Source of the DNA: an uncultured delta proteobacterium
GTDB lineage: Bacteria; Desulfobacterota; Binatia; UBA9968
NCBI GenBank assembly: GCA_963771465.1
Contig: CAVYTU010000014.1
Span: 800,001-864,000, forward strand
Length of the DNA: 64,000 nucleotides
Direction of reading: 5' to 3'
Under the pieces are notes generated by a model, which did no database searches, had not been told where the DNA came from, and saw nothing but the letters and a program-made list of their open reading frames with translations. This document shows, piece by piece, positions 55,103 to 64,000 of this stretch (positions within the stretch are counted from its first letter, which is position 1; each line of letters begins with the position of its first letter). A program made the position numbers and the translations under genes.

Positions 55103-56807
55103 ACTCGAGGGAAACATTCACCAGTTGCTTGCGAATTTTATATTTACCGACTTGCTTCATGACCAGCGGCACGAGTCCTTCCGGCACATCGACGAACGAC
55201 TTTTGGTTTTCAATGTGGATCTTGCCGATGACGTTGCCTGGGATATCGGCGTGATAGGCGATGGTGCCGACCAGGTCGTTCGGACCGATGCCATGGCTTT
55301 TGCCGATGTTCAAGGTGAGCCGCACCATCCCCGTTTCGTGTGAGTCGTCGTTGCCGCGATGGCGCGGTGTGGATTTTGCCTTGTCGCGTGAGAACGACGG
55401 CCGTGTCGAAGGTCTGGCGCGCTGCTCGACGCGATAGCCGCCGCGGCGCGGTTCGCGTTCGAAGCGTTTGTTCGGCGCTTCCCGGATCTCTTCGACTTCG
55501 ACCACCTGAGCGATCGTGCGTTGCTTCTCGTCGCCGCGGGCTAGTTTCAGCGCGGCCGCCGCGATGTCCAAAGGGTCATGGCCCAGCGCAACCAATCCGT
55601 CGACGATGGCGCGTTCACGGTTGAACCTAGCGCGCTTGAGTCCAAGCGTCACTTGCTCGGTCAGCTGCGCGCTGCGCCGTTGCGTAATGTCTTCCACGCT
55701 CGGTAGTGTGGCGCGGAGAAATTTCTGCCGAGTAAACGCTTCGATACGGCGCAAATGGGCTTGCTCGACGGGCGCGATCAGTGAGATGGCGATGCCGGTT
55801 TTGCTGGCACGGCCGGTGCGGCCGATGCGGTGGACATAGACTTCGACTTCAGTTGGCAGGTCGTAGTTAAACACATGGGAGATGTCGTCGATGTCGAGGC
55901 CGCGCGCGGCGACGTCGGTGGCCACCAGTATCTGAATTTTGTCGTTGCGAAAGCGATGCAAAACTCGCTCGCGAGCTTCCTGGGTGAGATCGCCATTCAA
56001 AGTTTCAGCGGGGAAACCCTGCTGCGTCAGTGCGTTGGCCAATTCGGCAGTGCCGATGCGGGTGCGCGCGAAAATTAAAGCGCGCTTCACATCTTCGTGT
56101 TCTAGGATGCGTGTGAGCGCGGCGATTTTGTCGGACGGCCGCACCAGATAATAGCGTTGCTCGATGGCCAGCGCCGTGACTTGATTGCGTTGAATGGTCA
56201 CTGATTGCGGCGCGCGCATATATTTATCGGCGAGGCGGCGGATCGGTGGCGGCATGGTGGCGGAAAAGAGCGCGGTCTGCCGCGTCGCCGGGGTCTTGGC
56301 TAAAATCGCTTCGACATCGTCGATGAAACCCATCTTGAGCATCTCATCCGCTTCGTCGAGCACGACCGTCTTGATGGCGCTCAAGTCCAATAATTTGCGC
56401 TCCAGTAGATCGAGCAGCCGTCCGGGTGTGCCGACGACGATATCGACGCCGCGCCGCAGCTGGCTGACTTGCTGGCCAAAACCCTGACCGCCGTAAACCG
56501 CCAGCACCTTGGCGCCGATGTGGCGTCCGTACCCTTGCACGGCTTCGGCCACTTGCAGAGCTAGCTCGCGGGTAGGCGTGAGCACCAAAGCTTGAGGGGT
56601 TTTGCGCGCTTGATAGTTGTTGAGAATTGGCAAGGCAAAGGCCGCAGTTTTGCCGGTGCCGGTTTGGGCTTGACCGATGACGTCGACGCCGGTGAGCATG
56701 AGCGGAATCATGCCCGACTGAATCGGTGTCGGCGTCGTGTAGCCGAGCTCGCTAAGCGCCTGCGTCAGTGCCGGATGCAAATTAAAATCAGTAAACTCTA
56801 CGGTCAT
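55101..56807 (-). CDS. deaD: DEAD-box RNA helicase with C-terminal DbpA RNA-binding domain (DeaD/CsdA-like)
   Basis: Q motif, AQTGTGKT, PTRELA, TPGR, DEAD, SAT, ARGLD, HRIGRTGR; RBS AAGGAG. Confidence 0.9.
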   Translation of the reverse strand: MTVEFTDFNLHPALTQALSELGYTTPTPIQSGMIPLMLTGVDVIGQAQTGTGKTAAFALPILNNYQARKTPQALVLTPTRELALQVAEAVQGYGRHIGAKVLAVYGGQGFGQQVSQLRRGVDIVVGTPGRLLDLLERKLLDLSAIKTVVLDEADEMLKMGFIDDVEAILAKTPATRQTALFSATMPPPIRRLADKYMRAPQSVTIQRNQVTALAIEQRYYLVRPSDKIAALTRILEHEDVKRALIFARTRIGTAELANALTQQGFPAETLNGDLTQEARERVLHRFRNDKIQILVATDVAARGLDIDDISHVFNYDLPTEVEVYVHRIGRTGRASKTGIAISLIAPVEQAHLRRIEAFTRQKFLRATLPSVEDITQRRSAQLTEQVTLGLKRARFNRERAIVDGLVALGHDPLDIAAAALKLARGDEKQRTIAQVVEVEEIREAPNKRFEREPRRGGYRVEQRARPSTRPSFSRDKAKSTPRHRGNDDSHETGMVRLTLNIGKSHGIGPNDLVGTIAYHADIPGNVIGKIHIENQKSFVDVPEGLVPLVMKQVGKYKIRKQLVNVSLE

Positions 56808-56990
56808 GGAATGGCTCCTTATACTTATGTGTAGACGTTGATAATGCTGCAACGTCTTTGCAGATACCGTTGTGGTTCAACAATCGGACCCATCACATAA
56901 GCACGAGCCGCTCTGTTGCATCTAAACGCCCGACCCAGGGGGCGGACTAGGCACTACCAAGCCCAGAAGATTTGCCACTTTCGGAAGGTA
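56808..56990 (-). ncRNA. putative structured 5' leader of DEAD-box helicase
   Basis: 10-bp stem 56822-56831/56894-56903 enclosing hairpins 56833-56857 and 56867-56887; further hairpin 56927-56944; extended -10-like TGcTACTGT near 56995-57003. Confidence 0.45.
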
Positions 56991-57181
56991 AGGCACAGTA
57001 GCACATTAAATCGCGAACTTCGAACCGTGGCGAATTGGAGGAAACTTATGGTTGTGAAAGCATCCCGAAAAGGATTCGCCCAAGCCGTTTGCCATTGGCG
57101 ATGCGTACGGAGTACAAGAAATCTACGTTTGAATGAGCGTGCGAATTCCCCAGCAATGGTGTCGTTAAACGAGCCGCCGAA

Positions 57182-60100
57182 ATGAACTGTCCGCGCTGCC
57201 AGCATGACAATCCTGCCGGTGTAAAGTTCTGCGGCGAGTGCGGGGCGCGGCTTGAATCCGCATGCGCCGCTTGTGGCGCGGCAAATTCGCCGGGAAATAA
57301 ATTCTGTGGCCAGTGTGGCGCCTCGCTCGTTCAAGTGACCAACTGCCGACGAAGTTCGCGTCTCCCGAAACGTACACCCCCAAGCATCTCGCCGAAAAGA
57401 TTCTCACTTCAAAAAGCGCGCTCGAAGGCGAGCGCAAGCAGGTCACGGTGCTGTTCGCTGATATGAAAGGATCAATGGAACTGCTCGCCGATCGCGATCC
57501 GGAGGAGGCGCGCAAACTGCTTGATCCGGTGATCGAGCACATGATGGAAGCGGTGCATCGATACGAAGGGACAGTGAGCAATTTGATGGGCGACGGAATC
57601 ATGGCGCTGTTTGGCGCGCCGCTTGCGCATGAAGATCATGCCGTGCGCGCCTGCTATGCAGCGCTGAGAATGCAGGAGTCGGTGAATCGATATGCTGACG
57701 GAGTGCGGCGGACGGAAGGTGTGCCGATTCAAATCAGAGTGGGTTTGAATTCCGGAGAAGTGGTGGTCGGTGCCATCGGCAACGACTTGAAGATGGACTA
57801 CACGGCGATCGGCCAGACGGTGCATTTCGCTTCGCGCATGGAGCAGATGGCGAAGCCGGATTCGATCATGATGACCGCAGATGCTCTGCGCTTAGCCGAA
57901 GGCTACGTGCAGGTGAAGCCGCTCGGCCCGGTCAGCGTCAAGGGATTAACTGAGCCGGTGGAAGTTTATGAAGTTACCGGAGTTGGAGCCGCGCGCTCTC
58001 GCCTGCAAGCGGCAGCCGCGCGCGGACTCACTCGCTTTGTCGGACGCGATGCTGAAACCGAGCAGCTTCGAAAAGCGCTTGAACAAGCGCGCGCAGACCA
58101 TGGTCAGGTGGTCGGTGTCGTAGGAGAACCTGGTCTGGGTAAGTCACGGCTGTTCTTCGAGTTCACTCATTCCCATCGGACGCAAGGATGGTTGATCCTC
58201 GAAAGCGGGTCAGTTTCATATGGCAAAGCCACGCCCTATTTGCCAGTCATCGATCTCCTCAAAGCCTACTTTAAAATTCAGGATCGCGACGATCAGCGCG
58301 AAATTCGCGAGAAGGTGACCGGCAAGCTGCTCACGCTGGATAAATCTCTGGAGTCCACGCTACCGGCCTTCCTGGCACTTTTAGATGTGCCTGTCGATGA
58401 CCCGATGTGGCAGGCACTCGATCCTTCCCAACGCCGTCAGCAGACTCTTGGCGCCGTCAAGCGGCTGCTGCTTCGAGAGAGTCAGGTCCAGCCTCTGATC
58501 CTGCTATTCGAGGATCTGCACTGGATCGATTCGGAGACCCAGGCGATGCTGGAGAGCTTGGTGGAAAGTCTGCCGACGAGCAGGCTGCTCCTTCTGGTCA
58601 ACTATCGTCCGGAATACCAGCATGGTTGGGCTAACAAGACTTACTACACCCAACTGCAGGCTTGATCCGCTGCCGCCTGAGAGCGCGGGGGAGATTCTCA
58701 ATTCAGTTCTGGGGAATGACCACGGACTTCAGTCCCTCAAAGAGCTTTTGATCGAACGAACCGAGGGGAACCCGTTTTTCCTTGAAGAAAGCGTCCGGAC
58801 CCTGGTGGAGACAAAAGTTCTGGCGGGCGAGCGAGGGAATTATCATCTGGAGAAAAAGGTCGAGAGCACCCAGGTGCCGGCTACGGTTCAAGCCGTGCTG
58901 GCCGCGCGCATTGACCGGCTGCCGCTTGAGGAAAAGCAGCTCCTACAATCAGCCGCGGTCATCGGCAAGGATGTTCCCTTCTCCCTCCTGCAGGCCATCA
59001 CTGAATTATCTGACGAGGAACTCCGTCGCGGCCTTACCCACCTCCAGGCGGCGGAGTTCCTTTACGAGACGAGTCTGTTTCCTGATCTGGAATACACTTT
59101 CAAGCACGCGCTCACCCACGAAGTGGCGTACGGAAGCCTTCTCCACGAGCGCCAGCGCGCTCTGCACGCGCGGATCGTGGAAGCCATCGAGACGCTATAT
59201 CCTGATCGGCTGATCGAGCAGGTCGAGCGGCTCGCGCATCACGCAGCGCGGGGAGAGGTATGGGGAAAAGCTCTGACCTATCTCCGGCAGGCCGGCACCA
59301 AGGCGGACGCCCGCTCGGCGAATCGAGAAGCGGCATCGTACTTCGAGCAAGCGCTGACCGCCCTGGCGCATCTGCCTGACGAGTCGCGAGACACGTGAGC
59401 AGGCCATCGACCTCCACTTCAACGTGCGTAGTCTCGCTGGGGGCGCTCGGGGAACGCGAGAGGGTTCTTGAACACCTGCGCGCAGCCGAAGCCCTGGCAA
59501 ATGCTCTAGGAGATGAACGCCGGTTGGCGCGGGTTAATGTGTACATCGCGAGACGAGCTCTCGGCGCAGGGTGAGCATGAACAAGCCGTCACGGCCTGTG
59601 AACGGGCAATCGCAATGGCCAGAACCCTAGACGACTACGGTCTGGAGGTTGTGGCGACTAATATCTCTGGGATCGGCTTACTATTGCTTGGGCAATTATC
59701 CTAAAGCAGTAGAGGCGCTGAGGCGCAACTTGGTGCCCCTTGACAGCCCAGTGGTTCGTGAGCGCTTTGGTGCGATCGGCCTCCCCTTCGCGAACTCGCG
59801 GGCCTCGCTAGCCTTAGCGCTGGCCGAGCGCGGGGAGTTCATCGAAGCCATAGCCCGATGCACGGAGGCGATCCAGATAGCGGAGGCGGTCGGCCATCCT
59901 TACAGCGTTACCGTGACCTATCGAGGGATGGGTCATCTGCATCTCAGGCGGGGAGATCTTCACCAGGCAACTCTTACACTCGAGCACGCCCTGGAGGTCT
60001 GTCAGGGAGTGGACAGCCCGCCTCTCTTTCACGCAGTGCGTTCCGCTCTAGGCTACGCCTATGCGCTCTCTGGGCGCAGTGCTGAGGCAATTCCCCTCCT

Positions 60101-60552
60101 GGAGGAGGCCGTCGAGCGCCCCGCATGGCCGCGACCACGAGGGCCAATCGCAGCGGACCATCTGGCTGAGCGAAGCGTATCTGCTGGCCGGGCGGGAAGC
60201 GGATGCCCGTGCCGCCGCACAGCGCGCCTTGGGTCTCGCCCGCCAGCACAAAGAGAGAGGACACGAGGCGTACACTCTTCGGCTCCTCGGCGAGATCGCG
60301 GCGCGCGAAGATCCCCTTGATATCGGGAAGGCGGAAAACCACTATCGCCAAGCTCTCGCCCTCGCTGAAGAACTCGGCATGCGCCCGCTCATCGCGCATT
60401 GCCACGTCGGTCTGGGAAAACTGTACCGGCGAATCCGGCAATTTGACAGACGAGCTGAAGAGCATCTCACCAACGGCGTCACGATGATGCGTGAGATGGA
60501 AATGGGACTGTGGTTGCAGAGGGCTGAGGCGGAGTTGAAGGGGCTCGAATAA
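57182..60552 (+). CDS. double zinc ribbon / class III adenylate-guanylate cyclase / AAA ATPase / TPR protein (multiple frameshifts)
   Basis: CxxC x4; ERKQVTVLFAD, GDGIMALFGAP.AHEDH; GEPGLGKSRL; FEDLHW.D; GNPFF.EE; Y.FKHAL; TPR-like helices. Split over at least 5 ORFs. Confidence 0.85.
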
Positions 60553-60741
60553 CAAGATCGTGCAGTAAAATTGTGACAAACTGAGCTCCGTATGACATTG
60601 AGCCGGTTACTGATCGTGGTGTGTCTGACTGGTTTGGCTAATGGCGTCGGTGAATCTTGACGCTTCAATGCTGATGGTGGTAGACCTTCCGGTATAAGCA
60701 ATTGCGAGGATTCGCAGACTCAGTGCAAGGAGGAATTGGAT

Positions 60742-61803
60742 ATGGCTGGTAACGGAAACGACGCTGGTTTCGAAGTTATTATTTCGTCCGACTCCCACGT
60801 GATGGAGCCGTCGGAGATACTGGCCGAACGAGCGCCGCAATCATTCAAGGATCAAGTACCGCGCTTTCCCAAACTGGCGGTGGGTTCGAGTTTCCAAACT
60901 CATCCGGGCGGGTCGGACCCGACGCACCGAATTACCGAAATGGAAACCGACGGGCTGAGTGCCGAGGTGCTTTATCCAACTTATTTGCTGCCCCATTTCG
61001 CGATGGACGACGCCAAGCTGCAGGAAGTTAGTTTTCGCGCCTACAATGACTGGCTGATCGAGTATTGCAACGCGTCGCCCAAACGTTTGATCGGTATTGC
61101 GGCGATCTCGGTTTACAATATTGACGAAGCGGTGAAAGAATTGGAACGCTGCGCCAAAGCGGGCATGAAGGGTTCGATCATTTGGCAGGCGCCGCATCCC
61201 GATCTGCCTTTTCATTCCGAGCACTATAATAAGTTCTGGGCCGCCTCGCAGGATCTGGGGTTGCCCGTGCACCTGCACATTCTCACCGGCCACGGCTACC
61301 ACAAGCAGACCGTGTTCGGAAACAAGCGCACCGGCGTCGAAGCCTATCGAGGCAGCGTGAATCTAAAGCTCAAAGAGATCATCGACGCCTTCTTCGAGCT
61401 GATTTTTTACGGTGTGTTCGAGCGTTATCCCAAGCTTCGGTTTGTCGGAGTAGAAAACGAAATCGGCTGGATGCCGTTCATGATGCAGCAGTGGGACTAC
61501 TATTATAACCGGTTCAAGGGTGTGAATCCGCCGCCGATCAGCAAAAACCCGAGCGAGTTTTTCAAGACACAGATCTTCGGGACGTTTTTCCGCGACACCG
61601 TGGCGGGTCACAATTTCGAATGGTGGGGACAGGACAACTGCATGTGGTCGAACGACTATCCGCATGGCAACTCGACCTGGCCGGAATCAAAAAAATATAT
61701 CGACCGCGATCTCGGCCACTTGCCGGCGGACATCCGCAAAAAACTGGTTTACACCAATGTGAAAAAGCTTTACGACATCGATATTCCTCATCCGGTGCAG
61801 TAA
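60742..61803 (+). CDS. amidohydrolase_2 family protein
   Basis: Motifs S.DSHV.EP, AYNDWL, HLH, E...GW, W.NDYPH...TWP.S. Confidence 0.9.
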   Translation: MAGNGNDAGFEVIISSDSHVMEPSEILAERAPQSFKDQVPRFPKLAVGSSFQTHPGGSDPTHRITEMETDGLSAEVLYPTYLLPHFAMDDAKLQEVSFRAYNDWLIEYCNASPKRLIGIAAISVYNIDEAVKELERCAKAGMKGSIIWQAPHPDLPFHSEHYNKFWAASQDLGLPVHLHILTGHGYHKQTVFGNKRTGVEAYRGSVNLKLKEIIDAFFELIFYGVFERYPKLRFVGVENEIGWMPFMMQQWDYYYNRFKGVNPPPISKNPSEFFKTQIFGTFFRDTVAGHNFEWWGQDNCMWSNDYPHGNSTWPESKKYIDRDLGHLPADIRKKLVYTNVKKLYDIDIPHPVQ

Positions 61804-61938
61804 CCGGCGATTCGGTCAGGGGTGAAACCGATTGGCGCGCTAGCGGACAACTAAAAGTCTGAGAGCGCGCCAATTTTTTTTGCTTAAGAAGAAGTCTCGC
61901 GCAACGACGCAAAGCTCGCCAAGTGACGGGCAAGGCCC

Positions 61939-61996
61939 GTCATCCCGAACGAATGTGAGGGATCTAAGAAGGATTTCTCCGTTCGGTCGAAATGAC
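61939..61996. repeat. REP-like palindromic element
   Basis: GTCATcccGAac...GAGGGATCT...GATTTCTC...gTCGaaATGAC, with self-complementary ends. Confidence 0.55.
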
Positions 61997-62079
61997 ACGC
62001 TTGGCATTTTGCCGCGATATAAATTTTCCGTCGTTCGGTTGACGATTTTACAATTAAGAATCCAATAGGAGGAGGTCTT

Positions 62080-63829
62080 ATGGCCGCACGCTATGGTTCC
62101 GATCTGATCGTCGATTTGTTGAAAGTTTTGGGAATTGAATACGTCGCGCTCAATCCCGGTTCGAGCTTCCGCGGCATCCACGATTCTCTGGTCAACTACG
62201 AGAGCGGCCACAAGCCCAATCCTGAAATGATTTTATGCTGCCACGAAGAGATCGCCGTCGCGGTGGCGCATGGCTACGCCAAAGCGACCGGCAAGATCAT
62301 GCCGGCGATCGTGCACAACGTGGTCGGCCTGCAACATGCCTCGATGGCGATCTACAACGCCTGGTGCGATCACACACCGGTGATGGTCATGGGCGGTACC
62401 GGGCCGATGAATTCGAGCAAGCGGCGGCCGTGGATCGACTGGATTCACACGGCGCAGGTGCAGGGCAATCTGGTGCGCGACTTCGTCAAGTGGGACGACC
62501 AGCCGGTGGGTGTCGAAGCGTTTCCTTCTTCGATCATGCGCGGCTATCGCATCGCCATGAGCGATCCCGGCGGGCCGGTCTATCTCTGCTTCGACGTGAC
62601 CGACCAAGAGGCTGCGATCGAAAAGGAAATACCGCTGCCTGACCCGAAGCGCTTTCGCCCGCCAGCGCCATTACAAGCGGACTACGACGCGATCAAAGAA
62701 GCCGCACAGTTACTAGCGTCGGCGCAAAATCCGGTGATCCTTGCCGACTACGTCGGGCGCAACAACGACGCGGTGATGGGCCTGGTCGCGCTCGCCGATC
62801 TTCTGTCTATTCCGGTGGTCGATTTCGGTGCGCGCTTGAATTTTCCCAATACTCACTCGCTTAATCTCACCGGCAGAAACCGCGAGTTGATCGCCAACGC
62901 CGACGTGATCATGGGACTGGACATGACCGATCTCTACGGCGCGCTGGTGCGCTCGGATCCCAACACTCACGCCAACGTTCCCGCGACCAAACCCGGCTGT
63001 AAAGTGATCAACATCACGCTCAAAGATATCGTAGTGCGCGGTTGGAGCAGCGATTTTCAGGAACTGGCGCCGGTGGATCTGCCGATCGTCGCCAACACCA
63101 AAGTCTTTCTCCCCGCGCTCGCTGAGGAAATCAGAAAGCAGGGAAAATTTTCCAAGAGCGTCGTCGAGGATCGGCGCAAAGCATTGGCGGCGCAGCACGA
63201 AGAAATCCACGCGCGCTGGCAAGCCGATCTCAAGAAACGCTGGGACGAGCGGCCGATCGCGCCGCCGCGGCTTGCCTGGGAAATTTGGGAAGCGCTCAAA
63301 AAAGAAGACTGGCTGCTGGTCGCCGGCGCGTTTCGTGGTTGGCCGAGCCGGTTATGGACATGGGACAAACCTGGGCTGTTTCTCGGCGGTTACGGCGGTG
63401 GTGGATTGGGTTACGGACCCGCTGCGTCGGTGGGCGCATCGCTGCCGTATCGCGGCACGGGCAAGATCTGCGTCAATCTGCAGCGCGACGGCGAGATGCT
63501 ATACACGCCGAGCGCTCTGTGGACCGCCGCCAACACCGGCGTGCCGCTGCTGACCGTGATGACCAACAATCGGGTTTATTACAATGACGTGGAGCATCAG
63601 GAAAAGGTCGCGATCCACCGCGGCCGGCCCGTGGAGAACAAACTCGTGGGTATGGAAATGGCCAAGCCGCCGGTGGATTTTGCCAACCTGGCGCGCACCT
63701 TCAGTCGTTCACGGCGAGGGACCGATCACCGAACCGGAGCAGATTCGCCCGGCGGTGGAACGGGCGATCAAGGTCATCAAAGAAGAAAAACGACCGGCCC
63801 TGGTCGATGTGTATATGCAGATGGTGTGA
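62080..63829 (+). CDS. thiamine pyrophosphate-binding enzyme (acetolactate synthase/benzoylformate decarboxylase-like); frameshift near 63705
   Basis: Motifs NPGSSFRG.HDS, HEE.AV..AHGYAK, GGG.GYG, RDG..LY....LWTA....NN; C-terminal GPI..P......A...PALVDV in the shifted frame. Confidence 0.88.
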
Positions 63830-63863
63830 TCTTCGTTCTATTGCTCGAAGAGGAGAACGCAGA

Positions 63864-64000
63864 ATGCTCGTGGCCAAAATTTTGTTTCTAGGTTTCCTGG
63901 TACTGATTGCGTCGGGTTGGCCGGATCGCGGTTATTCTCAACAGAAGCCGTTAAAAAAAATTCGCGTCGGCGTGCCTTCCGTGGGCATGGGCAACATCAT
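63864..64000 (+). CDS. 5' part of ABC transporter substrate-binding protein (runs off window)
   Basis: RBS GAGGAG; MLVAKILFLGFLVLIASGWPDRGYSQQKPLKKIRVGVPS... (signal peptide plus K.RVG.P). Confidence 0.6.
   Translation, partial: MLVAKILFLGFLVLIASGWPDRGYSQQKPLKKIRVGVPSVGMGNI

Overview
Bacterial genomic window with moderately high GC and no rRNA, tRNA, CRISPR array or intact transposase/integrase that I can see. The many stand-alone solute-binding proteins, TctC/Bug proteins and amidohydrolases resemble Candidatus Binatia-like Deltaproteobacteria (inference only). Main contents: ybeY and prfB with the classic programmed +1 frameshift; a six-gene arsenosugar-type / rSAM-selenodomain cluster (4342-11260); a GH15 plus pentose-phosphate operon (11458-23125); long-form ThyX; a cassette-like accessory region with repeated intergenic elements (30-37 kb); hicAB; RNase H; SelO; cfa; a DeaD helicase with a structured leader; and a cyclase-AAA-TPR protein. 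Many genes are broken by single-base indels, most likely long-read sequencing errors. Key finding: two in-frame UGA codons fall at conserved Cys positions, one in a secreted peroxiredoxin-like protein (W-U-T-F-C) and one at the C-terminus of SelO/YdiU (T-F-U-G-T-stop). Each is followed about 20 nt later by a near-identical hairpin with a CGGG(A/C) loop. This points to two selenoproteins missed by the ORF track, including an apparently Sec-containing bacterial SelO.
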